Below are positions 1 to 8,419 of a stretch of 64,000 bases of DNA, one piece after another (the stretch's first letter is position 1; each line of letters begins with the position of its first letter). Origin of the DNA: a virus. A program made the position numbers and the translations under genes. The stretch spans positions 1-64,000 of IMG/VR virus record IMGVR_UViG_3300043446_004155. One strand, written 5' to 3'. The notes below the pieces were generated by a model, which was given only the letters and a program-made list of their open reading frames with translations, was not told where the DNA came from and made no database searches.

Positions 1-169
1 ACCACCATCCACCTTCCTCTGGACCGCCGTAGTTGAGCGTCGTTTCGTGGATGGTGATGACCGTTGGATCTTCGTGTTCGAAGTACTTGTGAGTTTTGTA
101 GGCTCCGATTGCGTATCGGGCTTTGTAAGTGTTGGGATAGAACTTCTTGAGTTCTGAGATGTAAGACAT
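1..169 (-). CDS. Phage early protein, truncated at window edge
   Basis: ATG at 169; MSYISELKKFYP...LNYGGPEEGGWW; YGGPEEGGWW is a motif recurrent in small phage proteins. Confidence 0.7.
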   Translation of the reverse strand, partial: MSYISELKKFYPNTYKARYAIGAYKTHKYFEHEDPTVITIHETTLNYGGPEEGGWW

Positions 170-256
170 GATACAAACTCCGTGATGATGATTGAAATGA
201 TTGAGATCAGGATGACGATGATGTCACCGTCATCCCAAGCTTGTTTCAGTGTGTAG

Positions 257-505
257 TTAGTAGTGGTAGTCATGGATTAAATACCTCTCGTTGTAATGGT
301 CGCATGCGTTGCGCTCTGCTGAGCTGATCTCTTCGATACCATCCCAGTCAGATTCGTTGCTTTCACGCATGGCTTCTTCTTGTTGGTGTGCAATGTCAGC
401 CATTGCATCGAGGTAATCAGCATTGCGTTGTTCATCAATGAAGTTAGGGTCTCTCATGAGTTGAGTTGAGTGAAAGAATTGGTTGAACCTGGGACTTATA
501 TCCAT
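257..505 (-). CDS. Small acidic hypothetical early protein (start may be ATG at 457)
   Basis: ORF track; CAACTCAACTC precedes the ATG at 457, as in neighbouring genes. Confidence 0.6.
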   Translation of the reverse strand: MDISPRFNQFFHSTQLMRDPNFIDEQRNADYLDAMADIAHQQEEAMRESNESDWDGIEEISSAERNACDHYNERYLIHDYHY

Positions 506-571
506 TGTTGAGAAGAGTTCTCAATAAGGAATGCCCAGGTATACGTAGTACAAAAGTACTAGTGGCGGTGA

Positions 572-1000
572 TCAAACTGTGATGTGCGCCCAGGCAGTGC
601 CGTTGGCAATTTGGGCGATACGACAGTGGCTGACACCATACATACGACCAAGTTCGTGATAAGCCTTGGTCTTGCTGTTGAACTTAGTCATCAGCTCTGG
701 ATCAGCCAAGATCTGCTTCAGTTCTCTCACCTGAGATTCTGTGAGTTTCTGCTTGAAACGACGGCCCATCTCAAGGGCACGCGAAGGAGAAACTTGGGTC
801 TTCTTAACAGCCATAACCTGTGGTGCCGGCTGTTGCTGCAGGGGGATGTGGGGGGTTGTATCAAAGACTTTCGTCTTGAGTTGAAACCCAAGGGTCACTG
901 ATGATCCGTCTTTAACGACGGAGATGGTGACCTTGCCATCCCGTGTAATGACGCTGACGTGATCAGGGTTGTTGACGTCGAGCTGACTGAGCGCTTCCAT
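572..1000 (-). CDS. Protein with C-terminal HTH DNA-binding domain
   Basis: KLTESQVRELK...ELGRMYGVSHCRIAQIANGTAWAHI resembles the HTH at the C-terminus of HNH homing endonucleases. Confidence 0.65.
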   Translation of the reverse strand: MEALSQLDVNNPDHVSVITRDGKVTISVVKDGSSVTLGFQLKTKVFDTTPHIPLQQQPAPQVMAVKKTQVSPSRALEMGRRFKQKLTESQVRELKQILADPELMTKFNSKTKAYHELGRMYGVSHCRIAQIANGTAWAHITV

Positions 1001-1114
1001 GAGTGTTGCTGTGTTGAGTGCAGTGGATGCAGATGGAGAATAGCTGGTACCAGCAAGGATGCAAGTACCAGCCGTAGTGGTTCAGGCAGTGATGACACTA
1101 GTGGTAGTGCGTGG

Positions 1115-1465
1115 TTACTTCATGTACAAATACGATCCAGCCCAGTCGGCTTTCAGAAGGCAGGTCTCATACGACACATCGTCAAGCAGGTTGTACCGCA
1201 CATGTTTGGCTGGTGCCTTCCATGTGGCGGGCTTGTAAACAGCACCTGACTGGCGATGGATAAATGCATGGACACTGCCTTCGTAATTGCCGAGACTGTT
1301 ACGTGTAACATTCCGCTGGATGATCTTGTAGTACTTGGTGCCACGAACAATGTTGAATTCGATGCCACCATCTCCGTACTGCTTGTTGTAGTGTTCCAAA
1401 AGCTTATCGATCAAACGATTGATGCGGGCTTCTAGAACTTCAGTGTGTTCAGCGAGTGAGTACAT
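1115..1465 (-). CDS. Conserved cyanophage hypothetical protein
   Basis: KYYKI...SVHAFI...GAVYKPATWKAPAKHVRYNL, a motif common in cyanophages. Confidence 0.75.
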   Translation of the reverse strand: MYSLAEHTEVLEARINRLIDKLLEHYNKQYGDGGIEFNIVRGTKYYKIIQRNVTRNSLGNYEGSVHAFIHRQSGAVYKPATWKAPAKHVRYNLLDDVSYETCLLKADWAGSYLYMK

Positions 1466-1643
1466 GATTTGAGTTGGATGGAAGTTGAATAAGGTCTACG
1501 CCAACCATTGCAGAGCCAGTGATGCCTGCAATGATGATGACGAATAGACCTTGAAGGATTCGACTACCGAGAGTCTCATTAGACGCATGGTAAGAATCAA
1601 GGGTGATGAACTTGTTCTTGCCCATGGAATAGATACGTTTCAT
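1449..1643 (-). CDS. Small membrane protein
   Basis: Hydrophobic stretch ILQGLFVIIIAGITGSAMVGV. Confidence 0.55.
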   Translation of the reverse strand: MKRIYSMGKNKFITLDSYHASNETLGSRILQGLFVIIIAGITGSAMVGVDLIQLPSNSNHVLTR

Positions 1644-1727
1644 CTGAGTTGAATTGATGAAGTGAACGTAGTCCTGTGGTGAGGACTACAGAAAAGGGCC
1701 GAGGCCCCTTCGTGTAGTCGTCTGATG

Positions 1728-2114
1728 TCAGAACGGAATTTCTTCCAAGGTTGGTTCAGTCTTTGGTGCAGTAACCTCAGGCCGTACCTTGGGACGAGGA
1801 GCAGATCCTATGACGGCACGTACTTTCGTCAGTGCCATCTCCGGATACTTCAGTGCGACGAGATCGCCGTCCTTGAAGTAATGCGTACGGATGCTGTTGA
1901 GTCTGACATCAAATTGGGTGAGGATGAGCTGCTGACCAACCACGAGTGTGCCGTTGTTGTAGGCAGTCATCAAACCATTGGCATTATTGAACTTAATGCG
2001 GCAAGTACCTTCGTACATGTCGTTAACAACCATGGAGATCGCAAGGAACTCGCGACCTTCATGTGTAGCCAGCTCCATGTAACTGATGTTGCCAACAATG
2101 GTGTTAGAGAACAT
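1728..2114 (-). CDS. Single-stranded DNA-binding protein-like (OB fold)
   Basis: N-terminal NTIVGNI, beta-rich body, Pro-rich linker, acidic tail LEEIPF. Confidence 0.65.
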   Translation of the reverse strand: MFSNTIVGNISYMELATHEGREFLAISMVVNDMYEGTCRIKFNNANGLMTAYNNGTLVVGQQLILTQFDVRLNSIRTHYFKDGDLVALKYPEMALTKVRAVIGSAPRPKVRPEVTAPKTEPTLEEIPF

Positions 2115-2191
2115 GATTGAACTGAGTTGAGTGAACTAGCAGACGATGAGGTCTGCAGAAACCCATCCTTGTGGATGGGAAAGTGCAAACG

Positions 2192-2401
2192 TCACTTGAT
2201 CTTTAACTCTGCATTGTGGATGCAGTAGTACGTATCACCAAGGAAACCTTGGGTGTAAATGAGATTGTGATTGGGGCGTGAATTGCATGTTGCCTTGTAG
2301 TGCTGGTTGATGGCCTTCTGGCCAAACACAGATAGCATCATGCCTACGCCAGTGCCAAGCACAAGAGCGAGCGTTGCATCAAACATGTAGTTCTTAGTCA
2401 T
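2192..2401 (-). CDS. Small membrane-anchored hypothetical protein
   Basis: N-terminal TM segment; Cys pair in the C-terminal part. Confidence 0.6.
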   Translation of the reverse strand: MTKNYMFDATLALVLGTGVGMMLSVFGQKAINQHYKATCNSRPNHNLIYTQGFLGDTYYCIHNAELKIK

Positions 2402-2407
2402 GACTGT

Positions 2408-2575
2408 TCAGTTAGGTGAGATGAAGTTGGACAGAGCAGTGCGGTAACCATTGACCTCATGGATCAATGCCTCCCTTCGTACTTTGAGCTGAGCCTTAAC
2501 ACGCTCAGGGGTCTGGTCTTGGGCAACCTTGACTGCTGCGACAGCAAGGAGTTGCGATAGTTTTGCACGTAACAT
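2408..2575 (-). CDS. Small hypothetical protein (start refined to ATG at 2575)
   Basis: CTAACTCAACTC precedes the ATG; the upstream part of the track ORF overlaps a structured element. Confidence 0.55.
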   Translation of the reverse strand: MLRAKLSQLLAVAAVKVAQDQTPERVKAQLKVRREALIHEVNGYRTALSNFISPN

Positions 2576-2650
2576 GAGTTGAGTTAGGCCACCCTCGGTG
2601 GGTGGCAATGATTGTCCAGGGGTTTGCACCCTGGAACCCGCTTAGACGGA

Positions 2651-2956
2651 TCAATCCTGGTCGGCGTCTGCCAACTCGATCTTCATAAGCTGTCGCATTG
2701 ACAGCTCAGCAAGATCAAACTTCTCAACAGACCATTCGTAGAAGAAGTGCTCACGATAATCGCAGTTACGATCACCGCATTCACAAGGCTTGGTAATCCA
2801 ATCCGTCTCTTCTTCCTTGGCCTGCTTTGAAGATAGTTCCACAGCCTTAGCTTCAGCTTTACGCTTAGAAGCGTAATACGCAACGACACAAGGCTCGTTA
2901 TAGTAAGCCCTACGGTTGAACTCGGTGAGCGTGTAGACGTGCATGGATCTCTCCAT
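2651..2956 (-). CDS. Hypothetical protein with CECGDRNC cysteine cluster
   Basis: ORF track; start refined to ATG at 2956, downstream of the structured element. Confidence 0.6.
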   Translation of the reverse strand: MERSMHVYTLTEFNRRAYYNEPCVVAYYASKRKAEAKAVELSSKQAKEEETDWITKPCECGDRNCDYREHFFYEWSVEKFDLAELSMRQLMKIELADADQD

Positions 2957-3028
2957 GTGTGCGGTGCCCATCTCCGCTGGGGGCAATACTGAGTGGGGGA
3001 TTCGATCCCCCGGCATCACGCCTGGTAC

Positions 3029-3226
3029 TCAGAACGGAATCTCGTCCAGCACTTTGGGCCAAGGCCCATAGCTGTGGATCTCGTTATCTTCCAGAGTCAC
3101 GAGGTAAGCTTCCATGGCTTCTTTGCTACGGAAAAACTTACGCTCGTACTCGGGCTCAAAGTCGTCGCAATAAACATCAACGGTGGTGACAAAATAATGC
3201 ATGGTGTTAAATGCAATGGACTGCAT
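3029..3226 (-). CDS. Small acidic protein ending VLDEIPF
   Basis: First gene of the leftward block; SSB-like C-terminal tail. Confidence 0.6.
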   Translation of the reverse strand: MQSIAFNTMHYFVTTVDVYCDDFEPEYERKFFRSKEAMEAYLVTLEDNEIHSYGPWPKVLDEIPF

Positions 3227-3624
3227 GCGTGTTACGGATGCGCAACCCCCGATTAATCCTCATCTAATCCCGATCTATTAGGTCGGAATTAAATAACAAA
3301 CTCCTGGAACCTCCACGCTCACTGTCCTATTTGGACCGCCGGAGAGCGGGAGGCGAAACCCCAGTTCGGGCGCGGAGTTTGGAGGATTTAACCTCGTTCG
3401 ATACGAATTCGTATCAAAAATCCCGACGATATTAATGAGAATCATTCTCAATAACGCGTCGGGTTCTTTTTTTCTACGCGCATCTACTCTCGGTTGGGGG
3501 TTGGGAGAAGCGTCAGGTAATTTTGTACCCTTTTCAGCGGTGTATAGGCCCCCTTTTGGTATAAACGTGTACCATTTATTGCAATTTTGTATGTAATTTC
3601 CCTAATTAGCCCAAAAATTGACAC

Positions 3625-3648
3625 AAAAAAGCCGGGGTTGGCCCCGGC
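3625..3648 (-). terminator. Intrinsic terminator
   Basis: Minus strand GCCGGGG-CCAA-CCCCGGC-TTTTTT, downstream of 3676..3888. Confidence 0.75.
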
Positions 3649-3675
3649 AATTAACCCAAATATTACAGTGTTGTT

Positions 3676-3888
3676 TTAGACGGCGCCTTTTTGTATGTGC
3701 TGTGTCGCCAAACTGACGGCCTGTTGGTATTTTTGCGTGTCTGGCACAGCTCTTGCTAGCTCCTGGCCCGCAGCTGCCCTCATTTTTTGGACTTCGAACG
3801 GGTGCATTCCACCTTCACGCAGTTCATTGGCGCGTTGGTCAATTGTTTGACGAATATTTTCGCGCCTTTCCTGCTGTTCTTCGTTCAT
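3676..3888 (-). CDS. Small helical hypothetical protein
   Basis: ORF track; followed by a terminator. Confidence 0.6.
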   Translation of the reverse strand: MNEEQQERRENIRQTIDQRANELREGGMHPFEVQKMRAAAGQELARAVPDTQKYQQAVSLATQHIQKGAV

Positions 3889-4009
3889 TTGTAGAGTAAC
3901 TTACCGGTTTTACGGTTTATATTCCTAAGTTTACAGGATACTTACGTTTTTTAATTACCCAAAGTTAGAATGTAACCAATAAAAGTTAAAAAGATACGTC
4001 TTAAAGGTT

Positions 4010-6130
4010 ATGGCGCTTTCTCCAGCTGATTTTTACGCCTATAGCCGCGCCACTGGGGCTCCAATCCCCGAAGATCCCGAAGAACGGGCACAAATGGCGC
4101 CAGATGTCCTGGAGTTCCGCCGTAATCAACTCAAAGCCCCAGAAGGTGAGCTTGTTGTGGCTGGTCTTCGGGGATTTGGTCCGTATAAAAATGTTAATCC
4201 GGCCGAATTAGAGCAACGTCGTCAAGAACTCCTTAATCAAGACAAACGTGAAGAGTCAAATCCCCTCGGTGCGTTGGGTGCTGCCGCAGCTGCTGTAGGT
4301 GCATTGGCAGGTTTAGGGTTTGGTGCCAGGGCATTAATGCGTCGTGGGCAACAGATCCCCAAAGGTCCGGCTAAATCCGCAACCGCTGGTGTACGCCAAG
4401 TCAATCTTGCGGACATGGAGCAGGCAGTACGTCGTGTTGCTGCTGAACCTGCACCTTCTACACCTCCGCCCGCCCCATCAAAAGTTGTAGCCCGTAGCGT
4501 AATGCCTACGGAGGAAGAGGCATTTGCTAAATATGCGCGTGAATTAGGTGAAGCTATTCCAGAACCTACGGCAGAAGAGCTGAATTTCCCTCCTGCTCAA
4601 TACCGTACGTACGGTGTTGGATATCGTGAACGCGCAGCTGAACCTGGATATCGCTCTAATGCACTTGCCGCATTTGAAAAGCGTTACCCACCTTCCCCAG
4701 AAGTACAGGCCGCACGTCGTGCTGCGGCACAAGAAGATTTATTAAGTGCTGCAGCAAGGCTTCAAACAAATACTGAAACCCTAACCGACATCCAAAAGGT
4801 CCAAGCTGTTTCCAATGCAGATCAATTCATTAACGCGGTTGAATCTGGTGAGGATCAAACGACAGGACGTTTAATTCAAAAGTTAAACATCGCAGATCCC
4901 TGGGGCCAATCCACCATTCCTCCATCTGCTGTAAATGACCAACAACCCACCCTTTTACTTCCGGCAGCAGCGGTTAGCCCGAGGGAAAAGGCACAAGAGT
5001 TTCTTCAGTCTCGTTTTGAAGAATTAGGTGCCACTATCCCAGGTCGTTATCGGCGCGAACGTGCCATGGGTCAGGATCCTGCTATTGCAGAAGCCATGGA
5101 GCTTTATGCATCCACTGGTGATCCAGCCGTCTTGTCTCGTTTGTCTGCAGCACCGTCTTCTCCGCTGTCTGTAGTGCCGCGTGTTCAAACAGAACTCCGA
5201 GAGAAAGAAGAGATCCCAACCGGTATGTTCTTCAAGCCCACAGGGCAGGGTGAGTTTATTGACGACTTGTTTGAAAAAGATATTGCGTTAACAAACAAAA
5301 TCTCCAGCCTTGGAGCTGAAAAGCAAAACATCTTGAATCGCCTGGAAGAGATCGATCAGCTCGAACCGCAGTTGCGTTTTGCTGCTGCAGATGAACCAGG
5401 CCAAGGCGGGTATTACACCCGGATGCTTAACAAGATGATGTTTGAGCGTCAGAGTCTTAATCCTGATGTCATCAATGCTGATCTCGGTGACGCAATTGCC
5501 CAACGCGACTTTGTCCGTTCACAGATGGAATCCCTGGAATCCCTGGGATCTAAATACAAAATGATCTCACGCCAAGAAGGCGTGCGTCCCTTTTTTGAAG
5601 TGGATCCAGTCACTAACGAACCAATTGCTGAAACCCTTGAGCTTCGTAGTGGGCGCCCCACCATTGATACTGAACGCAAAGGTGGGGGAGGAAGGAATAT
5701 TGCTGAGTTTACCGCTGGAGCAGGTAATGTAACAGCAGAAGCAGTTCGGGAAATATTACAAGGCGGACAAAAAACTAGAGTTCGTGACTTTGATATTGAG
5801 ACAGGAGGTCTTCCTGAAGTCTTTGAGTCAGATCGTTCTCAAACAGGACGTTCCATTGGAATTTACGGAATTGAGCCAAGAAATGAACCTATTGCTGATC
5901 CAACCCTTCGTCCAACTGTTCTTCAACGAGAAGAAACAAAGATGGCAATTCGCCGTAAACCACAAGAGGGTGAAGCGCTCAAAACTTACATAGAAGAGGT
6001 TCGTCGCGCCAAAGCTGCAACACCTGAAACAAAGCGCCGCTCCTTGGAAGTAAGTGAGGCATTACGTCGGGCTACAATTGAAGGACGTGATCCGCAAGCA
6101 ATCCTCAAACAGTTTGGTATTGGTATTTGA
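4010..6130 (+). CDS. Large Ala/Glu/Pro-rich protein with one hydrophobic helix; putative internal virion protein
   Basis: 706-aa ORF; GALGAAAAAVGALAGLGFGA segment; function inferred. Confidence 0.6.
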   Translation: MALSPADFYAYSRATGAPIPEDPEERAQMAPDVLEFRRNQLKAPEGELVVAGLRGFGPYKNVNPAELEQRRQELLNQDKREESNPLGALGAAAAAVGALAGLGFGARALMRRGQQIPKGPAKSATAGVRQVNLADMEQAVRRVAAEPAPSTPPPAPSKVVARSVMPTEEEAFAKYARELGEAIPEPTAEELNFPPAQYRTYGVGYRERAAEPGYRSNALAAFEKRYPPSPEVQAARRAAAQEDLLSAAARLQTNTETLTDIQKVQAVSNADQFINAVESGEDQTTGRLIQKLNIADPWGQSTIPPSAVNDQQPTLLLPAAAVSPREKAQEFLQSRFEELGATIPGRYRRERAMGQDPAIAEAMELYASTGDPAVLSRLSAAPSSPLSVVPRVQTELREKEEIPTGMFFKPTGQGEFIDDLFEKDIALTNKISSLGAEKQNILNRLEEIDQLEPQLRFAAADEPGQGGYYTRMLNKMMFERQSLNPDVINADLGDAIAQRDFVRSQMESLESLGSKYKMISRQEGVRPFFEVDPVTNEPIAETLELRSGRPTIDTERKGGGGRNIAEFTAGAGNVTAEAVREILQGGQKTRVRDFDIETGGLPEVFESDRSQTGRSIGIYGIEPRNEPIADPTLRPTVLQREETKMAIRRKPQEGEALKTYIEEVRRAKAATPETKRRSLEVSEALRRATIEGRDPQAILKQFGIGI

Positions 6131-6132
6131 TC

Positions 6133-6345
6133 ATGGCAAAAAACAAGAAAGATAAAAAGTGGATCCAAGGGATGGAGATGAAGGAGGGCGCCTTCACCGC
6201 TAAAGCTAAATCCCGCGGCATCAGTTCAGCCCAACTTCAAGAGAACGTACTGTCTAATCCAGATAAGTACGACGAAAAAACGGTAAAGCAAGCAAACCTT
6301 CGTAAAACACTGGTAGGCTTACATAAGAAAAAGAAAGCTAAATGA
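6133..6345 (+). CDS. Small Lys-rich basic protein
   Basis: MAKNKKDKKWIQ...KEGAFTAKAK...QANLRKTL. Confidence 0.7.
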   Translation: MAKNKKDKKWIQGMEMKEGAFTAKAKSRGISSAQLQENVLSNPDKYDEKTVKQANLRKTLVGLHKKKKAK

Positions 6346-6872
6346 AACTAGATAAACCCAAAACCTCTCCAGGGCAATACATTGGTTTTGGTGGCAACAA
6401 AGATAAAAAATTATCATTTAAAGATCAATACGATCTACCGGCTCAGTCTCAGGAAACACCCTGGGTCACATCACGGTTTGGTCCGCAGGATCTTGTAAAA
6501 GCAATTGCCAATAAACGTTTGAATTTCAACGACCTTAACTTTCTTCCCGAAGGGCAGCAAGTCCAAGGTTATGAGATGTTCCCTGGACGTGGACGTTTCA
6601 ACATGAAGGATGATTATGATTTTTCAATCGGTCGTCCAGCAACTCCTAATTTTCCAGAACAGCAGCCTGACTTTGATCCAGCCTGGAACGACTTCTATCT
6701 TTCTAGTCCGGTCATTCCACCTGAAGAGAAAACCAAAAATCCTTTCCCGCGTCAAGATAACATTGATCCCAATGGTTATCTAATGGCCATGATGCAAGGT
6801 GAAGGCAGTACAGCTATTGCTCCTTTCCCAGATCTTATTAACGAGAATCCACAGTCTTCTCCTTCGATCTAA
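6342..6872 (+). CDS. Pro-rich hypothetical protein
   Basis: ORF track; its start overlaps the upstream stop. Confidence 0.65.
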   Translation: MKLDKPKTSPGQYIGFGGNKDKKLSFKDQYDLPAQSQETPWVTSRFGPQDLVKAIANKRLNFNDLNFLPEGQQVQGYEMFPGRGRFNMKDDYDFSIGRPATPNFPEQQPDFDPAWNDFYLSSPVIPPEEKTKNPFPRQDNIDPNGYLMAMMQGEGSTAIAPFPDLINENPQSSPSI

Positions 6873-6910
6873 GTTAAACAAATTAAAATAAAAAGATATA
6901 GGTAAACAAT

Positions 6911-7483
6911 ATGAACCCGTTTACGCGCCTGCTTCAGTACGCATCCAAGAATAAAGACCTGGTTGGTAATGTGGCCGCTGGCAGTGCGTTGTCTGCTGGA
7001 TTCGGCATGATGGCCGGTGGTCCAGCAGCTGGTCTTGCCTATGGCCTTGGAGACTTTGCCACTGCTCTTCCGTTAACTGCAGCAGCACGCAAGCTTCGGC
7101 CAGCCAAAAGTCGTCGTGTTGAAGTTGCTCCAGGTAAGTTCGAAGAAGAGCTTGTCCCCTCCCGCTTGGAGACTGCAGCAAACCTTGGCGGCTCTTTGGT
7201 TTCCCCCTTTGCAACAGAAGCTTTAGTTGGAGGTCTGCTGCCCCAACCGCAAGTGATGCCAACGCAAGTCTCACAAGAGCAGCAAATCATGCAGCAGATG
7301 ATGCAACGTCAAGCAATCAATAACTTAGAAGTCCCACAAGCTGTTGCCCCTGGCACCCAGTTCCAATCTCAAGGTATTGAACAAACGTTCCTCGACAACT
7401 ATCGCCAGCAAGTCACCAAAATGCTTCCCAACCTCCCTCCTGGTTACGTGGAAGAGATGATTGCAATGGGCGGAGCAGGCTGA
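6911..7483 (+). CDS. Gly/Ala-rich membrane-type protein, putative ejection/internal protein
   Basis: Glycine-zipper-like N-terminus, Gln/Met-rich C-terminus. Confidence 0.6.
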   Translation: MNPFTRLLQYASKNKDLVGNVAAGSALSAGFGMMAGGPAAGLAYGLGDFATALPLTAAARKLRPAKSRRVEVAPGKFEEELVPSRLETAANLGGSLVSPFATEALVGGLLPQPQVMPTQVSQEQQIMQQMMQRQAINNLEVPQAVAPGTQFQSQGIEQTFLDNYRQQVTKMLPNLPPGYVEEMIAMGGAG

Positions 7484-8397
7484 TGAATCCCCTTAATTTT
7501 TTAAAAGAATATAAACGCGGTTTTAAAAAAGCTGACGTTGCCCAGATCCGCATGGTTCGTGAGGGACTTGGCTATGGCGAAAGTGTTTTAGACCCACGGT
7601 TTAAACAAGCAATTAAGGCAAAAGGAATCTCAGCGCGTGAGACACCAGCACAATTCCTGGGCGCTTATACCTCTCGCATGTTAATTGATGTGAGTAATGA
7701 TGGCACACGAACCTACTGGTGGCGCTGGAATCATCCTCTTGCTATTGCGCAGCGTGTAGCTGAGGTTGGTGTTCAAGAAATTGATACGCCTACGGGACGT
7801 GCTGCAGCAGGTTTGGCTATTGCAGTACCCGCTGTTGCTGCCGCTGGCACTTACGACATTACTAATGTGGGCCAAGCATTCAGGCCAGAAGGATATGCCC
7901 AAAGTTATTCTGAGCCTGGTACCGACGACCGTAGAGAAACGCAGCAACCAGTACAAGAAATTATTGAACGCTTTTTCTTGGGACGAACTGGTGATCCCTT
8001 GAAGTATGCAACTGCTAAAGAAGAAATTCCTGATTTAACACCAGAGCGTTACGGTAATTATCTCAATTTCCTTTACAACGAAAAAGGTTTGTTGGGCCTT
8101 GGAGTTGTCAAAGGGACCATGGAAAACCTTCAAGGGTATCCGGAAGCTCGTATGTTGGGCTTCCCCGTCAACCTTCCCATGGCAGGTGGCTTTGTTGCTG
8201 GTACGGCAGGAGCCAAACTTGCGGCATCTGGGGGAGGTACTCCTAAGCAACGTGCAATCCGTGGTGCAATTGGTGGCGCGGTTGGTTCTCTCTTGGGCGT
8301 GGCAACAGGCAATGCTGCCAATGAAATGATTGCATCCGGTAACCGACCTCAGTTACCAACAACTGCAGAATATGGTGTGACTACTGGTAAAATTTAA
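7483..8397 (+). CDS. Hypothetical virion protein with C-terminal glycine zipper
   Basis: GAIGGAVGSLLGVATG; TGATG overlap with the upstream gene. Confidence 0.65.
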   Translation: MNPLNFLKEYKRGFKKADVAQIRMVREGLGYGESVLDPRFKQAIKAKGISARETPAQFLGAYTSRMLIDVSNDGTRTYWWRWNHPLAIAQRVAEVGVQEIDTPTGRAAAGLAIAVPAVAAAGTYDITNVGQAFRPEGYAQSYSEPGTDDRRETQQPVQEIIERFFLGRTGDPLKYATAKEEIPDLTPERYGNYLNFLYNEKGLLGLGVVKGTMENLQGYPEARMLGFPVNLPMAGGFVAGTAGAKLAASGGGTPKQRAIRGAIGGAVGSLLGVATGNAANEMIASGNRPQLPTTAEYGVTTGKI

Positions 8398-8419
8398 AAT
8401 ATAAGAAATAATCAAATAG

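Noticed and set aside
2139-2187. Hammerhead-like GATGAG...GAAAC on the plus strand
   Set aside because: Lacks CUGAUGA and the NUH cleavage triplet after stem III
2982-3032. Possible true tRNA gene
   Set aside because: Too short, with no anticodon arm; reported only as a tRNA-like element
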